Origin: Craspedostauros australis
Lineage: Eukaryota
Length of the DNA: 20,000 bases
Assembly (NCBI GenBank): GCA_030167865.1
Contig: JALAGF010004429.1
Coordinates: 117,043-137,042 of the forward strand
Direction of reading: 5' to 3'
The translations under genes and the position numbers were made by a program. How positions within the stretch are numbered: position 1 is the stretch's first letter; each line of letters starts with the position of its first letter. The notes under the pieces were generated by a model. It saw nothing but the letters and a program-made list of their open reading frames with translations. It was not told the DNA's origin and did no database searches. Shown here one piece after another: positions 1-10,600 of the stretch.

Positions 1-328
1 AGGCCATTCGTCATGTCGCATTGCCGATTTCTCAAAATTTTCATCCGAGTTCACGTTTCGTAGCGCAGCCACTGATGGATATGTATCGGTAACTACACAC
101 GCATGATAAATGATTCGGATAAACGGACAGTGGCGCACATCTCTGACGACGGCCAGATGAATCAAAGATATTATCCACGACTCCGAAAAGTCTACGTGAG
201 CGTGTCGCCTAGTTCCTAAACGCGTGATGGACGACGAAACAGATGGCGTGTAGAAACACGCTCGTACTCTCGAGGAGCATAGTAGTACTTGTATGCAAGT
301 GTCAATGAAGTATCGCCTATCTCTCACC

Positions 329-1480
329 TCACACCTTCGGTGCTGGCTGAATATTGATGCGAGCCCTCAAATCCGCCAACGGAGTATCGAATTCGTTCTC
401 ATAGTACACGTTCATCAGGCCTGTCGTCATTCCGCTGGATTGTTCATGCGCCCAGGGTAGATACTGATCTGTCAGGATGCGCCGCTCTGCTGCGTTGAGA
501 CGTAGAGAACCGACTGTGGATGACAGCGCTGCGATGGGCAAACCTGTTTGGAAGAGCTCCAGCCATTTCAACCCCAGCTCTCCCAGCACGGTCGGAGGCA
601 AGCCTGTGAGTGCGTGCCAATAATCGTGGCACTGGTGGGTGAGCGGAACGTTGTTTGTGCGAGTGTGGAAAGGCAAGGCGCGGTACGTTGAGTTGAGTAA
701 AAAGATTGAGTCGAGAGGATATGCTTCATTTCACGGTTCGCACATGACATACACATGCCGTACGGGCAAACAGTCAACCAGTCGCCATATCCTCACCTGC
801 CTGTACCTGAGCATGACATACGCAAGCTCTTCGTCCTCAACGTAACGAACTTCAGCCCGTTCATCTGGATCATAATCATGCGACGCAAGGAAGATGCCGT
901 ATGCCTGCCCGAAAGTAATGTCATCTGCTTGCATTTTGTTCCCATGCAAATGACCATTGATGCTTGCTACAACATTGGGATCCTCCGCGAGAATGCGTTT
1001 GCCTTCCTGCATGAATTCTTCAACAGGGATGGTGTCTTTGCTGACGATGGGCCGATCGATCAATACGCGTTTGCCGTCCGGGTGCGCCATCATCTCGTCA
1101 CGCAATCGTTTCAACGTAGTGGCACCAGTGACATCGCCCAATGCTGCAACAGCATCGCCCCTGATGGGATCATTGAACGCCGTCACCGCGGAATGTAGTG
1201 CGATGGAGACCCGCCTGGCAATGATTGATGAGACGCTCGTCCCGTTGTCCGGCCGAGGCTGTCCGTAGAATGGGATGTCCGACGATGGTGGCAGTGTCGC
1301 TGACGTTGGCGATGCTACTCCTTCTGCTGTTGTCGAGCTGGAGCTTGCAAGTCTGCGAGAAGCTGGCACCTCCAAGATGAGATGGTTGGCTTGTGCCTCA
1401 TTCGTTCTGGCCCCAACGCACACAGGAAGGATGGAACTGCGTTGAGTACTTCGGGCACACCGAAGAACCGTTCGATGCAT
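329..1480 (-). CDS. COQ4: Ubiquinone biosynthesis protein COQ4, mitochondrial; complement(join(329..631,797..1480)), 328 aa
   Basis: Splicing CAG|GTGAGG (796) to CACCAG|TGC (632) gives ...[40 protein letters not shown], the COQ4 HDxxH(x11)E metal motif. Other COQ4 blocks are present (DPIRGDAVAALGDVTG, HPDGKRVLIDRP, VRYVEDEELAYVM, NVYYENEFDTPLADLRARINI). The Arg/Ser-rich N-terminus from ATG 1480 resembles a mitochondrial transit peptide. Confidence 0.95.
632..796 (-). other. GT-AG intron of COQ4 (165 nt, phase 0)
   Basis: Donor GTGAGG; acceptor CTCACCCACCAG with a branch-like CTCAC. Removal joins two halves of the conserved YRQ/CHD motif in frame. Confidence 0.92.
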
Positions 1481-2065
1481 GATGATCGTGGGTGCGAAAC
1501 TTGCGCAACTTGCGTAACGTAAGTACAATGCTTGTGATGTTGTATTCACAACCCTGTGTTTGGATGTGAATGATCACGAGCGATGGTTCGAACGTGGCCT
1601 CTCGTGTTGTTGTATTTCCCTCGGCAGAAGGTACCAGCACAAGGACTCTGCCGCAACCGAACACCAATACGATCATCGCTGGCATCGCCACTGCCTCCAT
1701 CATTGCCAAACACGTCCCCCACCACTGTTGTGTTGCGGAGAACGCAAACAAAAGAGAACAGAAAATCAAAGATCCACGCTTCACCGCGAACGTTGATGTG
1801 CATCCGACTCATTCGACCAACGACGCAAACCCAACCAAACGAAACGAGCCACCGCGTTCCGTCAAGGCTGCTGGACGGACACGCATCTGACTGCTCCAAT
1901 GATGCCAAATACAAAGTCTTGATAGCCACAAGCATACTATACGTCGGATGCCTGATACCCCACCAACGAGGGCGACATCAAGCAACATCAAGCAGCATCG
2001 GTTGTGAGGACTGCGTTGAATGCGCCAGCTCGTATACAACCAACCGACCAACCCATTGCATCAGC

Positions 2066-4723
2066 ATGGAGACAGTGCAAGGTGCTGACAATGAGGGCGG
2101 GGAGTACAAGGACGATCACATCGTTAGAAATAGCGATGACAATCAGGACGTTCGTGCCACTGTCGGCGTGGACGGTGGAGCAATCAGCGAAAGCATGAGA
2201 CCTAGCGGTCAAGGAGCAGGCCCGCAAAAGCCGGGGTCGTCATCGCAATTGGACGAGGCAAGGATCGCGAAGGCTGCGCGGTTTTGGCATCACCCGTCTT
2301 TGCGTGACGTGCCCTTGGAGCAGAAGAGGGCCTATCTTCGTCATCAAGGTGTCACGGAGGCAGAGATTTACAACGCTTGGGATCGCATCGTTGAATCAAG
2401 TGTCGATCAAGGCATGGGCACGAACATAGACGGAAGTGGGGTTGCGAACACGCGGTCGACGATTGGTGCAGCCAAGCTGGATTCAAACTTGGGCCAAACG
2501 CAGGCTCTATCGTCTCAGCGAGAAGGACCTCCCCACGCCAATGCCATCAATGCACCAGCGCAAGCAACGGCAGCAACGATCACAGCAAATGACGCACGAT
2601 ACGGCAATCTTCCTTCTAGCATGCATCCCAATACATCGCAATTTGGCATACCCAATCAGGGAGCTCATCCTTACCAACAGTCGTCGTCCCCTTACTCTTA
2701 CAACCCCTCACTTTACAGCCAGGCGGGAATGAATCATTTCAACGGAGATGATGGCGACGATGACTACGCATTGACCTTGACAAAGGGAACGACACTTGTC
2801 GCGGTCGGGAGCTTTGTTGGATTGTGCGCCGCTGCATCCGTGCGATGGTTGAATGGAGGCGACTTCACCATCTTTCCACCTCCTACACGACGTAGCCTCA
2901 AAAGTAGCGGTGCAGACCAATCACGACAGCAGCAGCAGCAGCAGCAACGTAAGGACCAGCAAAGGGTTGGAGATCAGCTTGTATCGGATGACGATAGCAG
3001 TGAAGACGGTGATGGTTTTGGTGGAAACGCTATGGACCATCTCAAGCATGAGCAACAAACCAACACTGGCGATCGTGACGAAGCAATCGAATTCACAAGT
3101 GATACTTCTGGTGCCATCCAACGATCAATCGCAGGAACGATATCGACGCCGGGTGCGCCAACTGATGCATCTGCCACCATGCTCAGCGAGATGCGCAGCT
3201 TGTCCACCGCATTGCAGTCGCATCTCATACTTCAAGAAAGCATTTTGAACAAGCTGACAGCCGCCAAGGCATCGGACCTCACCGACAAGTCCATGGACGT
3301 CCTCAAATCGATCCCAACAACTTCAAACTCGGATGAAAGCGCCGAAAGCGATGCCTCAAGCGCTAGCTCGCAGCTTCAATTGCAGCTGCAACTGCAAACC
3401 CAGATGAGACTGCAGATGATTTGGGCTGAATTGATTGAAATCAAGACGCAATTGCACCTTTCATCATCGAAGGCTGCTGCCACATCCGACGCGAATGCCA
3501 ACAGCACCCTCGACATTGATGACGTTGATGAAAACAACACGAATGGGAATGAACAAGTTGCTTCGACGCTCACAAAACTCAACAAATGTCTTGCTATGCT
3601 CGAGACTTCCGTCACGACATCGCCAATGGACCTGAATCCGAAAGACTCTGCCACGGCATTGTTCGCACGCAATGCCCCCTCTTCGAATGGACCAAGCCCT
3701 ACTATCGCAAATGCGGTATCAACGCCAGCAGCGCCGAACGACGCTGATGCATTGAAAACGCCAGCATCTAGGCGGTCTGTCGCTTTCGTGCAAGACAAGG
3801 CCTCCGCAGATGTTCCGTCCGGCGATTCTCATGGATCAGCGTCGTCACAATCGTCCGCGATGGAAGCAGACGGAGATGTCGCGGCTCCGCGATCAATTCC
3901 TGATTGCTTTCGCGCAATCGTGAAGGAAAATGAACTGGCTGCCATCAAAGCCGCCTGCCAATTACTGTACCTGTACATCATCAACTTGTCCGCCAATCCA
4001 ACCAACTCGAGATACAGAAAAATCTTCACCACCAATGAGAGCTTCCAGAAGGTGAAAGACCTGAATGGTGGCACGGATCTTTTGATCGCCATTGGTTTCG
4101 AAGCCCACGGAAGCTACTTTTTGTGGCCAAAAGAAGGGAACCACGATGAGTCAACCAAAACGTTGCTGTCCAGCGTATCCAAAGCATTGAACACTCTGAA
4201 ATCGCCTACAGCAGCGTCACCAACCGAATCGCGCGATGACATATTGCAGACTGTGTTGCAACCGATGGCGGCTCTCACAGAAGCTGGGATTGAAATTCAC
4301 AAGCCGGATCAGCAGCAGGCCAACGGACGGGCGCCCAACACCCGTGGCAGCACCGACGATGGTTCCAGGCAGCAAGAGCAGCGGCATCCAAATGCCAATG
4401 GCACTCCTGCGCCAGTAATCAATCAGGATCTGGCCTTTCCAGCATACGATCAGACTCCGCTTGGAACACAGTTGATGTCCCCACCCACCACGAAGAAGCA
4501 TCCGTACGTACCGCCCTCGGAAAGCCCACAGGTGTCCAGCTGGAGCGGTGCCTACCTCAACGCTTTGTCGCGTGGCGAAGATGACGCTGCTGCGGGTGAT
4601 TCAGCAACTAACAATTCTCCCAACAAAAGGGAGCACGATGGAGTGATCCAGGAGATTGATGAAGCCGAAGAGGAAGGCGGCGACACAAGCAATGATGAAA
4701 AAGAAACTGTTCCATCCAATTGA
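2066..4723 (+). CDS. PEX14: Pex14-like peroxisomal membrane anchor protein with a C-terminal PUB (p97/Cdc48-binding) domain, 885 aa from first ATG
   Basis: Pex14 N-domain-like RIAKAARFWHHPSLRDVPLEQKRAYLRHQGVTEAEIYNAW (~2261-2380). Hydrophobic segment TLVAVGSFVGLCAAASVRWL (~2792-2851), then helical/coiled segments. PUB signature ACQLLYLYIINLSANPTNSRYRKIFTTNESFQKV...GGTDLLIAIGF (~3950-4100). The first in-frame ATG is at 2066. Orthology to PEX14 is inferred. Confidence 0.75.
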   Translation: METVQGADNEGGEYKDDHIVRNSDDNQDVRATVGVDGGAISESMRPSGQGAGPQKPGSSSQLDEARIAKAARFWHHPSLRDVPLEQKRAYLRHQGVTEAEIYNAWDRIVESSVDQGMGTNIDGSGVANTRSTIGAAKLDSNLGQTQALSSQREGPPHANAINAPAQATAATITANDARYGNLPSSMHPNTSQFGIPNQGAHPYQQSSSPYSYNPSLYSQAGMNHFNGDDGDDDYALTLTKGTTLVAVGSFVGLCAAASVRWLNGGDFTIFPPPTRRSLKSSGADQSRQQQQQQQRKDQQRVGDQLVSDDDSSEDGDGFGGNAMDHLKHEQQTNTGDRDEAIEFTSDTSGAIQRSIAGTISTPGAPTDASATMLSEMRSLSTALQSHLILQESILNKLTAAKASDLTDKSMDVLKSIPTTSNSDESAESDASSASSQLQLQLQLQTQMRLQMIWAELIEIKTQLHLSSSKAAATSDANANSTLDIDDVDENNTNGNEQVASTLTKLNKCLAMLETSVTTSPMDLNPKDSATALFARNAPSSNGPSPTIANAVSTPAAPNDADALKTPASRRSVAFVQDKASADVPSGDSHGSASSQSSAMEADGDVAAPRSIPDCFRAIVKENELAAIKAACQLLYLYIINLSANPTNSRYRKIFTTNESFQKVKDLNGGTDLLIAIGFEAHGSYFLWPKEGNHDESTKTLLSSVSKALNTLKSPTAASPTESRDDILQTVLQPMAALTEAGIEIHKPDQQQANGRAPNTRGSTDDGSRQQEQRHPNANGTPAPVINQDLAFPAYDQTPLGTQLMSPPTTKKHPYVPPSESPQVSSWSGAYLNALSRGEDDAAAGDSATNNSPNKREHDGVIQEIDEAEEEGGDTSNDEKETVPSN
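2927..2947 (+). repeat. CAG/polyQ (Q7) tract in the Pex14-PUB gene
   Basis: (CAG)6CAA read directly. Confidence 0.9.
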
Positions 4724-4997
4724 TCGGACCACGTGCTGCGATTGGATCTATGCTCATGATCGTCACGTTTCCTTTGCGTCGTTTCACGGAAGTCCTGTAT
4801 TCTCTTCAACTCAAGTGTGAAGAAGCACGAGTGCAAGCAAGAGATGCTTTGAGTTGCATCATAACCAATTCTATTAAAATTATCTTCCCCTTCCAATTTT
4901 CATACGCGATCGTGCCATATCCGTACTCATATGTTGCTTGGACCGTCTATGTTCGGCAACTCCCACGCCCACGCTACAGCACCCCCTAACTCGAGTG

Positions 4998-6977
4998 CTA
5001 GGACCGGAACCTCTTCATCAACCGTTGCCGTGACGAAATGCTGTTGCTACGGGCAACAGCTTCACATTTCTTGGTCTTCCTGACACTTGCGCTGACAATG
5101 TAGTCGTCGCCGTCGCCGTCGCCACCGTCGCCATTGCCTCCCGGACCAGTGCGTGTATGTTTCGATTTTGATCGAATGGTGGATTGATCTCGTGGCTGCT
5201 TCATCTTTCCACCGGATCCCGGGAGCCATTCGCCATCGTCTGCATCGCGTGCCTCCCCGACTATCCATCGCGTGTCTTCCCGCTTCTTCTTGGGACGAGG
5301 CCTGGCAGCATCTTGAGATGGATCGTGGGCCTTGCGCGCCCCGAGGGATAGGCTTATCCGAAGCCGTCTGACCTTCGGTTTCGGAGGCGGGTCGTAGTCT
5401 GACCGCTGATGTTTTCCAAGACTTGTGTGTTTGTGGATCATGGCGTCGGAATGTTGCGGTTGATCAGCCTGAGCTTCAATGGCTGCTTGCTGACTTGACA
5501 ATCCGTCGCCGCCGCTAACCGTCGGGCGTCCCTTGCCAAGCGCGAATTTCAAGCGAAGCACCGGTGTGCTCTTGGCATCATTGGCGGGCTTCTTTGTGGT
5601 TGATGCAGTCGTAGTATTGGGTGTCTTCGTCGTGGGAGATATACCGTGATTCTTAACTCTGATGTACTCCTCACGCAGATTCTGCAGAAACTCGTCAACG
5701 CTTCCGCATTGATTGCTCAGCATCGCATGCTTCGCAGCCCCCTGTACCGATGGCCCGGTCCCCATATCTGTCTGGAGGGCGTGAACCTTCCACCATTCTT
5801 CCAACACGTGCACAAGATCCCCCATCCCCTCAACCTCTCGTTCCGATACTGTGCCGCGACGTAGCCTATCCAAGTACATACCCCCAGCATAAAAATGCAG
5901 AGTCTGGAAGAATGGAAAGCGGAACTTCTCTTGCACCTTGGTGCGGGCCTCGATGCAATGGACCTGCAGCTGCGTGGCAATGTCCATGCCATGAAGGAAG
6001 TTGCCTCCCAGGACCAACGAATCATCTGGTGTGTACACGGCATGGATGTAGGCGGCGGGGATGATGAGGGTCTGACCTGCGTGCAGCGTCAACCTCAGGA
6101 CCTCCTCCTGGTTCTGCATCATGTCGGGCAAAAACACCTCGGCCTGATCTGGTCGGCACAGCCATTCCTCGTAGGTGGCGAGATTCTTCTTGGTGGGCGG
6201 AATCAAGCAGAATACCTTCTTGCCCTGCAGGATGTGATACCAGACAGAGGTTCCGCCAAAGTCGATATGGAAATCCGTGTAGCATCCTCCCGCGGACGTC
6301 AGACAGTAGTACTGTACGTTGGGATACACGGATTGGCTGTCACGCTGGTCAAACCCCGGCCAGGCATGATCGATCCAATCTATCTCGCGCACGAAGCTGG
6401 GACTTGCGATCCTCTCCATCAAGGCCGTCTTGGAGAATTCCAACGAAATCTGGTTGAGAACTCGAGGTTTGTTGGCTGTCATATTCATGCATCTCTGGGC
6501 AGCCTTGCGACGCCGACGGCTGCTGCGACCTGTGGGACTGACATCGCTCTGGGAAGACTTCGCCATCTCCTGCTGCCGACGGTACATCAGCCGCTCGTTA
6601 TCCTCGAAGTAATTCACGAGGTCTTCCAACGTCCAGCCTTCCAGTTCCTCCTGATGCTCCACGTCGATGACATGAACCGGATGATTGTGGCCAATGATGT
6701 CGGCAATGTCACGGATCGATACCTCCCGCTTGGACAAGGATTGGATCTTCATCCCGATGGATTCTGGCTTGTCCTTGACGAGGATCGGCTTGGTGAGGGT
6801 GATGTCTTTGTTGTCGCGCAATCGCTCGGACGTCAAGGTCCTGCCATCCTCCACGATCTGCACCCAGCTGGATTGCAGAGAATCGGAAGAATCGGGCAAG
6901 GTGAGGAACTTGGCGACATGGCGATTGGCATGATTGGGAGCGACGGCGCCGTCTCCTTTCTCAGCTTGTGCTTCCAT
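4998..6977 (-). CDS. JmjC-domain histone demethylase, KDM2/KDM7(PHF8)/Jhd1 family, 659 aa
   Basis: Motifs VHVIDVEHQEE...WTLEDLVNYF, LNQISLEFSKT, PSFVREIDWID, YPNVQYYCLTSAGGCYTDFHIDFGGTSVWYHILQGKKVFCLIPPT and IPAAYIHAVYTPDDSLVLGGNFLH. The HxD...H Fe(II) triad and the 2-oxoglutarate Thr/Lys are intact. First ATG at 6977. Confidence 0.93.
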   Translation of the reverse strand: MEAQAEKGDGAVAPNHANRHVAKFLTLPDSSDSLQSSWVQIVEDGRTLTSERLRDNKDITLTKPILVKDKPESIGMKIQSLSKREVSIRDIADIIGHNHPVHVIDVEHQEELEGWTLEDLVNYFEDNERLMYRRQQEMAKSSQSDVSPTGRSSRRRRKAAQRCMNMTANKPRVLNQISLEFSKTALMERIASPSFVREIDWIDHAWPGFDQRDSQSVYPNVQYYCLTSAGGCYTDFHIDFGGTSVWYHILQGKKVFCLIPPTKKNLATYEEWLCRPDQAEVFLPDMMQNQEEVLRLTLHAGQTLIIPAAYIHAVYTPDDSLVLGGNFLHGMDIATQLQVHCIEARTKVQEKFRFPFFQTLHFYAGGMYLDRLRRGTVSEREVEGMGDLVHVLEEWWKVHALQTDMGTGPSVQGAAKHAMLSNQCGSVDEFLQNLREEYIRVKNHGISPTTKTPNTTTASTTKKPANDAKSTPVLRLKFALGKGRPTVSGGDGLSSQQAAIEAQADQPQHSDAMIHKHTSLGKHQRSDYDPPPKPKVRRLRISLSLGARKAHDPSQDAARPRPKKKREDTRWIVGEARDADDGEWLPGSGGKMKQPRDQSTIRSKSKHTRTGPGGNGDGGDGDGDDYIVSASVRKTKKCEAVARSNSISSRQRLMKRFRS

Positions 6978-7667
6978 GGTTCTGGTCCTCTTTCGTGCAG
7001 TTGTGATAATTGTGACCACAAACTGGCGAAAACGAGAAGTTCCGACCAGGGCTCGCGAGAATACGGGATGTTCGTCGGTGGACAGCAGAGGAGGTTGCGT
7101 GCCAGCACACGGTATCGCAGCGAAGACGGATGCGGATGTCGGACTTTCTTTGTGCGTTGCGGTCGCCGCCGCGCCTGTCGTCGACAGCGAGGCGGAGGGG
7201 ACTGTTCGTGTTCTGTTTCGTCAGCACCTGTTGTTCCGTGTACGAGAAGGCCGTAGAGTGCTTGGACGAGTTGGTCGCATGCTCGCCTTCGTCAAATGAT
7301 TGGACATGGGAGAAAATGAAAACGTGTGTGCCGAAGCTCTGATGGGCGCTTTGTGCCTCTCTCCTTTTGCCGCTTCCATTCCACGATCCCTCCGTCCGTC
7401 CTTCTCCACAAATTCCGACCACCACATCCGCGATTGGGAACACGATCACAACAAGTTTTGGTGGTGGGGACGTTTCATGCTTGGGACATAAAATTAAAGT
7501 TTAAGTTTGTGATTGTTTACTCTTACGTGTGCTTTTTTGCTTTGGTTTGGTGTAGTGCGGGGTGGTGTGGTTTGGTTTCATCGTCGTCATTGTCATTGTC
7601 ATCGTCTGCTGCTGGTGATGCAGCTGCCACCTCGATGCAAATGGCCATCTGTGTGCAAGTGATCCCA

Positions 7668-10600
7668 TCAGAAAGGATTGGTGAATGGGTCGAATTGTTG
7701 GTTGGCCGGAGCATTCGCAGCAGCTGGCTGCTGTGGTTGTCGCTGCACCTGGTATTGCTGTTGCTGCTGCTGTTGCTGCTGCTGTTGGTAGTACACATGC
7801 TGCGCTGATGGCGCCGGTGCTGGGGCAGCCTGATACCCACCGACCTGACCGTACGCCTGTTGCTGTGGTTGCGGCTGTTGAAGTGGCTGCTGCTGCTGTT
7901 GTTGGAAGGCGCTGGTGTTTGCTTGCGGCGCAGGCGTTACGGATGAAGCAAAGGGATCGTGAGCTGCTGGTGTGCCCGCAATTCCAGGAGGCTTGGCGGC
8001 GTTGTTGGAGATTGTCATGGTATCGAACAGACCCAGCACATCCTGGGCCGCGCTTGTTCCATTTGCCGTTGCCGTTGGTGCAGGCGCCGGTTGGCCTGGG
8101 GCTGTGAGTGCAAATGGATTCTCCTGGTACTGTTGCTGCTGTTGGTAGCTACCCACGGCTGCTTGTCCTGGGTATGGGGCGGCAACAGGATTCTGCATCG
8201 CTGTGAACTGGGCGACCGCGTTTGCTGGATTGGCAGGTGCTGGCGCCACTTGACCCCTGGCATTTGGGTGGAAGGCTGCGTGAATGGCCTTGAAGGAATG
8301 GGATGGACGAATTCGTGAATCCTTGATGTACTGTGGTTGGAGAAGGAGACGGTTGTGCCGTACGACAATGGCGATATCAACAAAACCAGCAGCATGGAGC
8401 ATGGTGAGATACTGAGCAGAAAGCGAGGGTGGTACAAAACAGTTCATACTACCAGACGCAGTGATGCAATCGCATGAAACAAAGTCGAGGAACTGCCCAA
8501 TGCCTAACGTTCAATGTCCAACGTCCAACTCTCGACGTGCAATGCACCCGACGCTGCGCACTTACATGTCCCTGATCAGGCCGTCGGAGCAACCGGCGCT
8601 TGTTGAGGCAAAGACGACGAACTGCGAACAGCTTGGCTCGATCCACCAAGAGGTTGTACACCTGACTTGCCGCATGCCGGATCTGCGTGCAGATTTGTGA
8701 TCTCATGTTGTCGTTGTAAAACTTCATGGATCGGATCTTGTCCATGCCGTCGGTCGCCTCAGCGATGGCTGCCATCGGTCCATGGTAGAGCAGATTCCGA
8801 AGAATTTGGAGCGCTTGGTACCCGTGCTTCCAATGCAATCCCTTCGAATCCCTCATGCGCACCCAGATGACGGACATGACATCGAAGAGGACGGAACTGC
8901 ATTCGCGGCACTGTTCCACGAGCTGCGCCACTGTCTTGTTGTAGTCACCTTCGAACGTTCGGTTGGAAGTCAACAGCATTGCCATCCTCCTTGCTGTCGT
9001 TTGCAGGATACGGCGGGATGGGTTGTGCTGTGCCACCTGCCTGGCCACGCGGCGCACGTTCAATGGATGAAAGTCGATGTTGTGAAGCCGGTGGTAGTTG
9101 GCGCATTGCGAGAAGAGCGGCGATGCCGCAGTGACTGGCATGCGCGTTCGGACCTCTTCCACCCTCGCGTTCGCGAACTGCTCCAGCATCTGCGTTTGGC
9201 AGAAGTTTCCAAGGAGAGGCCAGATGGACGTGTGCTCGTCGCCTGATGCTCGCTTTTGCTGCAAGAATCGCTGTCTATCAAGCTCGGGCAGCTTGCCAGG
9301 AGCGGCAGCCAGGTACCAGCGCATGTCCCCGTACATGGACAGAAAGAACGAAGTGAATGCGATCCGCGCTTCCTCCTCGGCAGTTTCGTTCTGAGACCCC
9401 TGGGAATAGATGAAGTCCGGGATCAACGATCCTGGCGTTGGTGGTCCATTGTCGCTTGACGATGACTGCGATCCCGGCTGCTGTTTCTCCGGCGATACCT
9501 TTGCATCTGCGCCTATGCCACTGACGCCTGCCCGATCGCGCAGGAATTGCTTGCCTTTGTCTCTCAACTTGAGCAGGCCCGTTTTGACTGCCTTGGTTGC
9601 CTTCGCGGCTGTTTCCGAGACGTTGGTCAACGTCGACTCTCCATACAATGCCCGCTTGTCGACCTTCAACAAGTCGACCATGTCCTGTGCCAGCTGTTCG
9701 GTGGCGGACATGTTGGCCGAGGACGAACCCTCTCCCATGCCCGGACGGATGAGATCAGGGATCTTGCGCGATACTTCGTGTGGCGCGATGCCTCGAGTTT
9801 CCATCGTATTCATGTCGAGATCGATGATGACGACCTCCCCCAAGTCAGTCGGTTTCGTGCTGTCAAGGCGTGGTTTGAGAGCCTTGAGTATGCCGATGAG
9901 GTATGGGACAGGGGCGGCCAGGTACTGGAAGAGATGCGGTGGCAGCACGGGGATGTACAGATGCTGCCAATTCAGCAGTCCCTGCGCGATGATGGAGAGG
10001 GCAGAGCGCGTGCACTGTCCCAGACGGGTCGCCGATGCCGACATGAGCAGGACGCGTCGTTCTGACAAAAGTGCCGAAATGAGACGCATGGTGTTGGATA
10101 CTCCAATGACGCGAATGATGGGGAGGATGGAGGCGGTCATGATGCTCTCGATGCCAGTCGGGGTGCCGGTGAGGAGGGTCGTTGGGAGGAGGTACCGAGA
10201 AGTATCAACCTGCTTCATCAAGCTCACGTTGATGTCACCCGCCTCCAGACCTTCGATGGTCAGCACCATTGGCTTGCGCTCCTGCGGTGGCAAGGCGGCA
10301 AAGCGAGCCACCAGCGCTTGGTGCTGCCGGAAGAGAGCGTGCAAGAACCATTTCTGTGGATTGTCAGCATGTGGCATCTCGTCGCTCTTCAATGTCGATT
10401 GCTGTGAAGATATCGCGTCCAGAGTTCTGCGCAAGAGAAGGAACGGGGGTGGCGTGACCGAGAAGCAGAACGGAGAAGAAAACGTGAGGAAAGGCAGGGT
10501 GTTGTGTGTGCATTGTGTGAGCGAGTGGTTGAAATGGATTGCTGTCATCGCGTACGGACATTATGATTACGATACGCTGGAGGGAAGAGGGCAGAGCATT

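Noticed and set aside
1583..2065. 161-codon upstream extension of the Pex14-PUB ORF
   Set aside because: It has a non-ATG start, contains no in-frame Met and overlaps the shared promoter with COQ4. The first ATG is at 2066.
5895..7256. 453-aa plus-strand ORF
   Set aside because: It is a codon-registered antisense shadow of the JmjC gene, expected from codon bias, and has no recognisable motifs.
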